Of a DNA stretch of 32,000 nucleotides, positions 22,959 to 30,534 are shown in pieces (the first letter of the stretch is position 1; each line of letters starts with the position of its first letter). Made by a program: the position numbers and the translations under genes. This DNA is from Candidatus Iainarchaeum sp. (GTDB lineage: Archaea; Iainarchaeota; Iainarchaeia; Iainarchaeales; VGJJ01). The notes beneath the pieces were generated by a model that saw nothing but the letters and a program-made list of their open reading frames with translations, searched no databases and had not been told where the DNA came from. The stretch is taken from assembly GCA_030688545.1 (NCBI GenBank), contig JAUYHT010000002.1, positions 210,001-242,000 on the forward strand. The letters are read 5' to 3'.

Positions 22959-23529
22959 TTCCCCGCCCGAGTTCGGCTATCTCTTTCTCAGTCAATTTCC
23001 ATTTTTTTACGCGTTCTCCCAAGATAGCACTCCCCCCATCCGGGTCCAGCACGCGCACGGTGAAAGGGGTTTTCCCCTCTCTGAATTGTGTTACAATCTC
23101 CCGCACCGCACGGGCATTGTTTTTTTCTTCCGCGTTCCCATTCCGGATGAATGAATCCAAAACCATTTCCACCCGCTCGAGCAACCCCTCTATGTTTGTA
23201 TAGAAACCCTCCGAGACCATCCCGGGTTCCATGCGGAAACCAATTTGGGGAATTTCAACCGTTCCGGAAGAATTTCGAATGAGTTTGGCGGAAAGCCCTT
23301 TCTCGTCCTTGATTATTATTTCAAAACCCATGGGTTGGTTGAATTCAAGGCTCATTACATCAGAAAATCGAAATCCACAATGCTCGCATATTACTGTTTG
23401 GATCATCATCTTCCCAAAATGGGGAACTTTTTCCACGAGCTGAACGATTTTAGCTCCCTTCCCACACTGAGGGCAGGGGGTTGTCACGAGGGAGGAAGAC
23501 TCATGAGGATGGCCGCGAGGCATACTCAC
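22945..23529 (-). CDS. ZPR1-type zinc-finger protein
   Basis: It has CPQCG-x21-CEHCG followed by a ZPR1-like beta domain (EFNQPMGFEIIIKDEKGLSAKLIRNSSGTVEIPQIG). Confidence 0.8.
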   Translation of the reverse strand: MSMPRGHPHESSSLVTTPCPQCGKGAKIVQLVEKVPHFGKMMIQTVICEHCGFRFSDVMSLEFNQPMGFEIIIKDEKGLSAKLIRNSSGTVEIPQIGFRMEPGMVSEGFYTNIEGLLERVEMVLDSFIRNGNAEEKNNARAVREIVTQFREGKTPFTVRVLDPDGGSAILGERVKKWKLTEKEIAELGRGITLV

Positions 23530-23909
23530 GCCTTCTTCTTCCGTTTCTTGGTCCGGACTGTGATTCTCTCCTCGATTGGAAATTCCGGGTTGGAAAGGGG
23601 TTCGGGGGGCATGATCCGCACGCTCTCGGCAGGAGGTTGAATGTATTGGGCGAGCCGCGCAATGGCCCGCTCGAGATCGTTCAGACGCGAATGAATTTGG
23701 GTGAATTTGATGGTGGTGGATTGTACATGCGCGTCCAACTTGGCTGATAGGTTAGGAGAAACAATATCCCCACCCTCCGTATAATGAGCGGCTGGAGGAA
23801 TGAACGCCACATTCACGTGGCGACGCTTCTTTGGCAGAGTGGAGATGAACCAATTGGCCACCCCCAGCATGAGGATGGAGAGGATGAGTCCGATGGTAAA
23901 GGGCTCCAT
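23526..23909 (-). CDS. Hypothetical N-terminally anchored membrane protein
   Basis: It has a TM (FTIGLILSILMLGVANWFI), an ATGA overlap with the ZPR1 gene, and a basic C-terminus. Confidence 0.5.
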   Translation of the reverse strand: MEPFTIGLILSILMLGVANWFISTLPKKRRHVNVAFIPPAAHYTEGGDIVSPNLSAKLDAHVQSTTIKFTQIHSRLNDLERAIARLAQYIQPPAESVRIMPPEPLSNPEFPIEERITVRTKKRKKKA

Positions 23910-23943
23910 GTATATCCCTATCCATGAGCAGCGTTTAAAGGCC

Positions 23944-24708
23944 TTAGGGAAAAAACCGTCTGAACAACCCCATTTGGGCTGCCTGCACCTCGGCGAGGGA
24001 TACTCTTTTTAGGGCGGCCACGCGCGCCCCCACCTCCACGATTAAAGCGGGGGTTCCTGGTTTTCCCGAAAAGGGAATGGGGGCATCCGTCTCCAGGCCA
24101 ATGGATGCCAATGGCATCTCTCGGATAAAGGCATCGATATGGGGGGACGAAAGAATGGTGGGACCCACGGTGCACACCCAATTCTTCTCGATGAGTATTT
24201 TGGCTTGGGAGGAAGAACCATTGAACCAGTGCAAGAGCACGTGTTTCGCTTCCTCTTCCACGAGAATGTCTATTACTCGCTGCTTAGCATGCCGGGAATG
24301 CACCTCAAGCAATTTTCCCGTTTGATTGGACCAATGAATAAACCGGCGGAATACTTTTTCCTGAACCGCCTGCTGATCGACCGTTTTACCATACAGGAAA
24401 TCCAACCCCGTTTCACCCAGGAAAGGGGCATCAGGTATCATCTTTTCAAGGGTTTCCAATGTGGCATCCACCTGGGACACAGGGACTTGGATGACGTGCT
24501 CGGGGTGCCAACCCACCCCCACGAGGGCCTCCGGATAAGGGGTGGCGCGGGCCTTATTTTGCACCCAATTTTGGACATCCACGCTGTTCACCAACCATAA
24601 TCCCACACCCTCCCGGCGGGCGGCCAATGCATCCTCAGGAAGCGTGGGGGAATCCAATACGTGCGTGTGAAAATCGATCCACGTCACAGGGCTTTCAGGA
24701 GTAGTCAT
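23944..24708 (-). CDS. TatD-family metal-dependent hydrolase
   Basis: It has WIDFHTHV (the HxH motif), LEVHSRHA, LLHWFNGS and GLETDAP. ATG 24708 (MTTPESP...) is preferred over the longer track ORF because a TATTTTAAA box lies 27 nt upstream. Confidence 0.85.
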   Translation of the reverse strand: MTTPESPVTWIDFHTHVLDSPTLPEDALAARREGVGLWLVNSVDVQNWVQNKARATPYPEALVGVGWHPEHVIQVPVSQVDATLETLEKMIPDAPFLGETGLDFLYGKTVDQQAVQEKVFRRFIHWSNQTGKLLEVHSRHAKQRVIDILVEEEAKHVLLHWFNGSSSQAKILIEKNWVCTVGPTILSSPHIDAFIREMPLASIGLETDAPIPFSGKPGTPALIVEVGARVAALKRVSLAEVQAAQMGLFRRFFP

Positions 24709-24763
24709 ATGACTCCTTGGGAAAACGGCGTATTTTAAAGCCGTTCCCCGGCCAAAATGGGGT

Positions 24764-26038
24764 ATGGCCGCATCCCACCCCCAGCAGGAGCGCATCGAGG
24801 AAAACCCATCTTCCACTCCACCCAAATCCTCTCCGCTCCAAACTTATTCTCCCTCCCCCACCCCATCAACCACCTCTCCACCCTCCCCGACTCAACCCAT
24901 TAACCCTCCACCCGACCCAAATCCTTCAGTCCCCCCACTCCCCCATTCTCCGCATCGGGCGCTCATCATCGGGGGAATTCTCATCCTTCTCATTCTCATT
25001 GTGGGGGTGTTAGTGTACACCAAGTTTGTGTCCCCTCCAACTAATGGAGTGCCGGATGACCTAACCATGGTCCAGGTCCGGGTGGTGGTGGATGACGCCT
25101 GCGATTTTTGCCTGCAGACGAATACTATTCTCGCCAAGCTGGATGAATCCAATATCCGCTACACCACCGAAACCATTAGCCTGCACAGCCCGGAAGGAAA
25201 ACAGTTGGTCGCTGATTTCGACATCCCCTACGCCCCCACGGCCCTCATCAGTGTCGCGGGTCTGGATCAGAACATCCAGATTCAGGCCGCCCTCCAGGGA
25301 CGTTTTATTCGGAACCCCTTTCGCATTGTGAATGGGTTTGTGGTGGCGCCCGAACAATATCTCACCAACCAAGCTTTCCCAGTTACGTATACTAGCCCCC
25401 CCACCGCCTGCTCCTCATCTCCAGGAAAAATTCCCTTACGCGCCTATCTGGACTTCGGGGAATGCACTCCTTGTGTAGAGGCCTACTTGGTTACCCAGCG
25501 GTTGGAAACCAAATACCCTGCATTGGATGTTGAAATAACGCCCATCATGTTTGGTTTCCCCCGCACCCCCGCGCAAGCGGCCGCGGCCTTCGTGAGCAAC
25601 AAGGGAGCGGTTTGCACCCAAGAAATGGGATTCTTCGAGGATTACCAGGAATGCCATTTCTTTGACTCCCAATTCTATGGAAGCTTGGACCTCAACCGCA
25701 TGCTCGCCTGTCTGAGTGACGCAGGAGGAAAAAGCCAGGAGACCAAATCCCAATTCCAAACCTGCGTAGGAGATGCGGATGGAAAAGCGGAACAACGACT
25801 CGTGGTCCAGACGAAAGAATCCCAGGCCTGGAACCCATCCCCCTGGGTGACGCCCTGGTTTGTATTGGACTGCACCTACGCGTTCACGGGTCACAATGCC
25901 ATAGAAGCTTACCTCTGTTCTACCCACCCCGAACTGGAAGGATGCACAGCCATTCTAGATGCCCTCTCCATGGATGTCAATGCGGCCAATGACCTGAGTG
26001 AACCGGACACCAACAAAAGCCAGCCCCTCGCGGAATGA
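24764..26038 (+). CDS. Membrane-anchored protein with two CxxC thioredoxin-fold modules (second DsbA-like)
   Basis: It has a Pro/Ser/Thr-rich N-terminal tail and a TM (ALIIGGILILLILIVGVLVY). Module 1 has VVVDDACDFC...IPYAPTALI. Module 2 has LDFGECTPC...an inserted helical region...VTPWFVLD. Confidence 0.65.
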   Translation: MAASHPQQERIEENPSSTPPKSSPLQTYSPSPTPSTTSPPSPTQPINPPPDPNPSVPPLPHSPHRALIIGGILILLILIVGVLVYTKFVSPPTNGVPDDLTMVQVRVVVDDACDFCLQTNTILAKLDESNIRYTTETISLHSPEGKQLVADFDIPYAPTALISVAGLDQNIQIQAALQGRFIRNPFRIVNGFVVAPEQYLTNQAFPVTYTSPPTACSSSPGKIPLRAYLDFGECTPCVEAYLVTQRLETKYPALDVEITPIMFGFPRTPAQAAAAFVSNKGAVCTQEMGFFEDYQECHFFDSQFYGSLDLNRMLACLSDAGGKSQETKSQFQTCVGDADGKAEQRLVVQTKESQAWNPSPWVTPWFVLDCTYAFTGHNAIEAYLCSTHPELEGCTAILDALSMDVNAANDLSEPDTNKSQPLAE

Positions 26039-26155
26039 GGAAAACAGTTCCCTCGTTGATCCCCCAGAAAAATACCCATAATAACCCAATTTTTGAACCC
26101 CCAACCCACTTTTCCATATTCCCTTTAATTGGATATTCCACCCCACCCAAGTAGA

Positions 26156-27289
26156 ATGACTACTAACGTCTCCATTGCCTACGCCAATGCCCTCGCCAAA
26201 TACGAGAATGCCAAAACCCCCTCGGAAAAACTGGCCGCATTAGAAGAGATGCGTTCGCACGCCCCCGCCCACAAAGGGGGGGAAAAGATGCGGGGGGAAA
26301 TCAACCGCAAGATATCCCAATTGCGCGCCGACCTCGAGAAAGAAAAGAAACAGGCCGCCAAACGGGGAGGGGGGGCCACGCTCGCGGTAAAAAAAGAAGG
26401 AGCCGGGCAAGTAGTACTCGTGGGATTGCCTAACGCTGGAAAAAGCACGTTCTTCAACGCCCTCACGGGTTTGACCACGCCAGTGGAAGACTACGAATTT
26501 ACCACTTCCACTCCCGAGATAGGAATGGTGGACTTCAAGGGCGCCAAAATACAACTCGTGGATTTGCCCCCCATCCTGGAAGGGAGCAGCGAAGGAAAGG
26601 CGAATGGGAAGGAAATATTGGCCATTGTCCGAAATGCGGATGCCATCGCCATGATGCTGAACGTGGCCACGCAGGATGAGGATTACCGCATCCTTTCCCA
26701 CGAACTAAACCAAAGCGGCATCCTCCTCAATCGAAAACGCCCCAACATCCGCATTACTCCCACCCCATTCCCAGGTATTTCCATCACGGGGAAAGAATAC
26801 CTTCGTATTCCTCAGGAGAAATTCGTTGAATTTCTCAAAGGAAGAGGGATGCACAATGTAGAGGTCATTCTCCAGGAGCCCACGACGCTCGAGAATGCCA
26901 TCGAATCGCTGGATGAAACATTGGTGTACAAGCGCACCATGCTCGTGTACACGAAAGGAAGCCCCACCCGGCGCGTGGAAACCGGGGAAACCGCTCTCCA
27001 CATCGCGTGGGACCCCCAAAATCCCCGACCAAATGAAATAGCTGAAAAGATGTTCGAGGTCATCGAAAAAGTCTATGTCTACACCAAAAAAGCAGGAGAA
27101 GACGCCTCCAAAATCCCCCTCGTAGCCCCCAAAGGGGCCACGGTGCTTGACATCGCGGAACAAGTGCACAAGGATATCGTGCGCACATTCAAATACGCCA
27201 AAGTATGGGGTAGCTCCAAATTCGAAGGCCAGCGGGTCGCCAAAGACTATCCCGTGCAAAACGGGGATGTCATCGAATTCAACTGGTAG
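26156..27289 (+). CDS. DRG/Rbg-family OBG-like GTPase with C-terminal TGS domain
   Basis: It has G1 LVGLPNAGKST, YEFTT, and a TGS-like block VWGSSKFEGQRVAKDYPVQNGDVIEF. ATG 26156 is preferred because a CTTTAATT box lies 29 nt upstream, and the TTG at 26129 lies inside that box. Confidence 0.8.
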   Translation: MTTNVSIAYANALAKYENAKTPSEKLAALEEMRSHAPAHKGGEKMRGEINRKISQLRADLEKEKKQAAKRGGGATLAVKKEGAGQVVLVGLPNAGKSTFFNALTGLTTPVEDYEFTTSTPEIGMVDFKGAKIQLVDLPPILEGSSEGKANGKEILAIVRNADAIAMMLNVATQDEDYRILSHELNQSGILLNRKRPNIRITPTPFPGISITGKEYLRIPQEKFVEFLKGRGMHNVEVILQEPTTLENAIESLDETLVYKRTMLVYTKGSPTRRVETGETALHIAWDPQNPRPNEIAEKMFEVIEKVYVYTKKAGEDASKIPLVAPKGATVLDIAEQVHKDIVRTFKYAKVWGSSKFEGQRVAKDYPVQNGDVIEFNW

Positions 27290-27290
27290 T

Positions 27291-27436
27291 GGCCGTTTTC
27301 GTCCGGCCGCACCGAGGGACGAGGGAGGGTTACACCCTCCCGGCGGCCGAAACGACTGGTTCACCGACAACCTACTATCGAGCATGCCACCCGAGGGATT
27401 ACGGGATTCTTCGATCCCCCGGCGGCCGAAATGACT
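27291..27436 (+). other. GC-rich structured intergenic element (candidate sRNA or 3' UTR structure)
   Basis: It has a GGGAGGG-TTACA-CCCTCCC hairpin. The 19-nt motif CCCGGCGGCCGAAA(C/T)GACT occurs at 27339-27357 and 27418-27436. Either copy can pair with 27294-27310. Confidence 0.3.
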
Positions 27437-27535
27437 CAATTATCGGAACCATGATGAATGCATTCGAAAGGTCGACACAAATCCGCGCTTCGACCCTTGC
27501 TCACCCTTTTTATTCAGGTTAGATGGAATCCCTTC

Positions 27536-28210
27536 ATGGAGAGCCGAGAGATCATTGCATCCATTCACCAAATTTTTGACCGATTTACCATTATCCCCAA
27601 CATGCGCGAACACATGTTTCGAGCCGGGGCCGCGACGGCATACATTTGCGACCATTGGAAAGGGCCCCCGTTGAACAAGGATAACATGGTGGCGACCAGC
27701 CTCATTCACGATTTGGGGAATTTGGCGAAGATGGATTTCGTGAACCCCAAACCAATTGCCATGTATGGAGATGAACCGCTCGACTATTGGAAAAAAGTTC
27801 AAGCGGACACCATCCAAAAATATGGTTCGGCCGACGATCATGTGGTCACCCGAAAAATGATTCACGAATTGGGGGTGAACGCGCGGGTCACATTCCTCAT
27901 CGAAAACAAGGAGTTCATCAACAATGATTTTGTACTGGCTTCGGATGATTGGGAGCTCAAGATTTGCACGTATGCCGATCAGAGAATAGGACCATACGGA
28001 GTGATGTCCCTCGAAGATAGGTTTAAGGAAGTCAAGGAAAGGTACGCCCACCGGAAAAATACGAGTATGACCCATCCTAAAGTGGACCTATTCATTGCAT
28101 GCTCATTCAAGATTGAAGCGCAGATTGCACCATTACTAGACGTTCCTGTCTCGGCCATCACCGATGCAGCTATCCAACCATATATCGAAATGTATCGAGG
28201 TTCGAAATAA
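27536..28210 (+). CDS. HD-domain phosphohydrolase
   Basis: It has the SLIHDLGN (HD) motif. A TTTTTATT box lies 26 nt upstream of ATG 27536. The track ORF starts earlier, at 27458. Confidence 0.7.
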   Translation: MESREIIASIHQIFDRFTIIPNMREHMFRAGAATAYICDHWKGPPLNKDNMVATSLIHDLGNLAKMDFVNPKPIAMYGDEPLDYWKKVQADTIQKYGSADDHVVTRKMIHELGVNARVTFLIENKEFINNDFVLASDDWELKICTYADQRIGPYGVMSLEDRFKEVKERYAHRKNTSMTHPKVDLFIACSFKIEAQIAPLLDVPVSAITDAAIQPYIEMYRGSK

Positions 28211-28212
28211 TA

Positions 28213-29505
28213 TTACCTTCCCACGCGCCCTTTCAAATATTTCCAGCCGAACCGGATGAGCAAAAGGAGGGCGATCCCTCCTAAGAGGTAGGCGAGGCCG
28301 GTGATGATATTCTGGGATAAGACGTCATTCTCCGCATCCGGGTTGAATACGCCAGCTACGTGTATTTTTTTTACCAGGGCTTTGGCGGCGGGAACATTTG
28401 AATTAACTCCTGCATATTGGCGCTGGTCAAATTGGTTTTGAATCAGGGCCCAGGATTTGTCTAACGCGGCCACGCTGGTTTGATCAACCCAATAGGGTTT
28501 GACATCCTCACGCAGGATGAAGGTGGCCGCTTCCTGGAGGGAAATGAACCCAGTGGTGTTCTGGAGGGATGTGTCTTCTCCGTGGATGGAAGTATAAGCC
28601 TCTTTCCTAAACAGACGGGTCTCGAGTTCGGCATCGAACGCCGCCACGCGCGTGGGAATGGCTATAGTTTCTGCTCCAAAACGCTGGGCATTGTCAGCGG
28701 CGATGGCCGCATAGGGAGAAATAGCTGACCCCAATGTCTGGTTGGCTGAAAGAGGGGATATGAGGGCAATGAACTGGGATTTCTCATCCACGCTTAATCC
28801 TTCAGCAGTGGCAATCGCATTCTTGACCTGGGATACCTCCCCATCATACGTCCCCGCCGCATCCTTGAGGGCGTTCAAGCGGGAAAACACATTCCCATAT
28901 TCATCCGGCAATCGTAACACTTCCTGGGTGTCAATGGTCACTCCCAAAAAAACAGCTTCCTTTCCCGAGAGTAAACGGATATCTTGGGCCCCCTGCCTCA
29001 ATTCATTTGACAGATCATCCAGTTTGGGCCGGAGCGCGGCCACTTTGGGTTTCAGGGAATTATCATCAATGGAATCCCGCACCACCTCCACGTCGAAACG
29101 CTCATTCTCCACCGCGTTGGCCAACTCCTCCAGCTTGGAGGCCGTGGTTAGGGAAATAGTCCACTGCGAGGAACTCTTTAGGAAATCAATCCGTTGCACC
29201 CACCATTGAGCGGATAAGAGGTCGGAGCGGAGATTACTTTGAGGAACAATCTCCCCATCTTTGTCGCCTATGGGAATGAGGGTGCGTATTCCGTCATTCT
29301 CATACACCCCCACCACCCAATACTTGGCGCTCCCATTCGTCTGGGAAAGCGCCTTGAACACCGCGGCCCGCTCACCGGGTTCAAGATAATGGCCATTCAC
29401 CACTATGTTTTCAGCATCCAAGGCCTGCAACCCCCACGCTCCAGAAGCCGAAATGATGAACACGGCCATGAGAATGGCATGGAATGCGGTAGCCCCCCCT
29501 TTCAT
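28213..29505 (-). CDS. Type I membrane/surface protein of unknown function
   Basis: It has a signal-like N-terminus (FHAILMAVFIISASGAWG) and a C-terminal TM plus basic tail (GLAYLLGGIALLLLIRFGWKYLKGRVGR). Confidence 0.6.
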   Translation of the reverse strand: MKGGATAFHAILMAVFIISASGAWGLQALDAENIVVNGHYLEPGERAAVFKALSQTNGSAKYWVVGVYENDGIRTLIPIGDKDGEIVPQSNLRSDLLSAQWWVQRIDFLKSSSQWTISLTTASKLEELANAVENERFDVEVVRDSIDDNSLKPKVAALRPKLDDLSNELRQGAQDIRLLSGKEAVFLGVTIDTQEVLRLPDEYGNVFSRLNALKDAAGTYDGEVSQVKNAIATAEGLSVDEKSQFIALISPLSANQTLGSAISPYAAIAADNAQRFGAETIAIPTRVAAFDAELETRLFRKEAYTSIHGEDTSLQNTTGFISLQEAATFILREDVKPYWVDQTSVAALDKSWALIQNQFDQRQYAGVNSNVPAAKALVKKIHVAGVFNPDAENDVLSQNIITGLAYLLGGIALLLLIRFGWKYLKGRVGR

Positions 29506-29605
29506 AAGCGGAAAACCCCATTATAGGTTATAATTCCTCCCATCCCTTTGTTTTTTCTACGCGGGTTTGTTGAGTTCCAATATCTCTGATAAACCGCCAA
29601 AAAAA

Positions 29606-29698
29606 GGGGTTGTCGTGTATCCGGCCAAAAACCTCCGGCCGCATGGAAGGTAGGGTACCCACTTAAAGGTTGGCACCCATACCTCTCACGGTAACTCC
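29606..29698 (+). other. tRNA-Trp-derived structured element (candidate ncRNA or decayed tRNA paralog)
   Basis: Its 5' end, including the upstream A7 run, copies the tRNA-Trp 5' end. GGGGTTGTCGTG (29606-29617) can pair with CACGGTAACTCC (29687-29698), enclosing two hairpins. There is no canonical T-arm. Confidence 0.35.
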
Positions 29699-29709
29699 AA
29701 ACAAAAAAA

Positions 29710-29782
29710 GGGGTTGTAGTGTAACCTGGTAGCACGGCAGGCTCCAGACCTGCAAATCGGGGTTCAAATCCCTGCGACCCCA
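29710..29782 (+). tRNA. tRNA-Trp (anticodon CCA)
   Basis: Hand fold: GGGGTTG TA GTGT AACCTGGTA GCAC G GCAGG CTCCAGA CCTGC AAAT CGGGG TTCAAAT CCCTG CGACCCC A. There is no intron. Confidence 0.9.
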
Positions 29783-29884
29783 TTTCCAAATTCTATTGGG
29801 GGGATCGGGAGGGAGGGACGACATACTCTTCTCCGGCTTTCTTTTGACCGGGCGCGACTTTTCTTTGAAAAAGAAAAGGGGTGC

Positions 29885-29914
29885 GTTCCGAATCCCTGCG
29901 ACCCCATTTCCAAA
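29885..29914 (+). pseudogene. Duplicate of the tRNA-Trp T-loop/3' acceptor end plus 3' flank
   Basis: AATCCCTGCGACCCCATTTCCAAA (29891-29914) is identical to 29767-29790. The upstream T-stem is not conserved, so no T-arm can form. Confidence 0.7.
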
Positions 29915-30018
29915 ACATAAAAAAAAGGTTCATCCGGTGCGCGGATTCTCAAATTAAAAGAGGGGAATCATCGCACCCTTCCTGCTCGTTTTTATTTTCG
30001 GATAGTAAGAAATAGAGT

Positions 30019-30483
30019 ATGCCCATCCGCGAAGCCACCATAAAAGAAGCGCCCACCGTGCTCGCTTTCATCCAAGAATTCTTCCCATACAAACACATGG
30101 ATCTCCCCACCCTGGAGCAGAGGATGCAGGATCTGAACATCGCCATCCTCGTGTATGAGGAAGGGAAAACCATCCATGGTTTCGTGGACATCGAGATCAT
30201 TACTCCCTCCGCGGGAGAGGTGCGGCTGAATGGCGTCGCGGTGAGGAAAGAATCCCAATACCATGGTATTGGGGGACAATTAGTAAAGGCGGCCATCGCC
30301 TGGAGCGAAGAAAGGGGAATGACGCGAATGGTTTTGCTAGTGGAACCTACCAATGCGCCCGCCAAACAATTGTACACCATTTTAGGATTTGTATTCGAAA
30401 AAGAAGCGCCTCCCATCGAGGGAAAGCCCGTGGAGCAATGGGCCAAAAAACTCCACCCCCCTAAACCGGAATACGTGCACTGA
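30019..30483 (+). CDS. GNAT-family N-acetyltransferase
   Basis: It has LNGVAVRKESQYHGIGGQLVKAAIAW (acetyl-CoA-binding motif A) and AKQLYTILGF. A TTTTTATTTT box lies 25 nt upstream. Confidence 0.8.
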   Translation: MPIREATIKEAPTVLAFIQEFFPYKHMDLPTLEQRMQDLNIAILVYEEGKTIHGFVDIEIITPSAGEVRLNGVAVRKESQYHGIGGQLVKAAIAWSEERGMTRMVLLVEPTNAPAKQLYTILGFVFEKEAPPIEGKPVEQWAKKLHPPKPEYVH

Positions 30484-30534
30484 TACTGGATTAATACGGT
30501 TTGATTACAAAAGACTTGGTTGTGGTTTGTTCAC

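Noticed and set aside
27339-27436. Possible mini-CRISPR, either the 19-nt motif repeated at a 79-nt spacing or the 30-bp tandem repeat at 2202-2261.
   Set aside because: The first has only two copies. The second has no spacers between its repeats. No cas genes are present, and the repeats are better explained as RNA-structure or palindromic intergenic elements.
27291-27436. SRP RNA or RNase P RNA as the identity of the GC-rich intergenic element.
   Set aside because: It is too short. I could not find the conserved RNase P GGAAAGUCC-type core or an SRP helix-8 GNAR/AGCA loop arrangement. It is left as an unclassified candidate.
26705-27439. Long antisense ORFs, for example 26705-27439(-), 30796-31650(+), 851-1423(-), 16715-17251(-), 12893-13333(-), 27440-28075(-) and 29949-30446(-).
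   Set aside because: Each lies opposite a gene with clear family motifs (DRG, ProRS, IleRS, methylase or Cys-rich protein, membrane proteins, HD, GNAT). Their translations are low-complexity or Arg/Gly/Pro-rich, as expected for shadow frames in GC-rich coding DNA.
27451-27457. C-box-like ATGATGA at 27451-27457, and another at 7215-7221.
   Set aside because: No CTGA D or D' boxes occur at the required spacing and there is no terminal stem. These are not C/D sRNAs.
29606-29906. A single intron-containing or split tRNA-Trp running from the upstream 5' fragment to the downstream 3' fragment.
   Set aside because: The supposed intron would contain a complete, canonical tRNA-Trp. The downstream fragment cannot form a T-arm, and I could not find a bulge-helix-bulge motif at the implied junctions.
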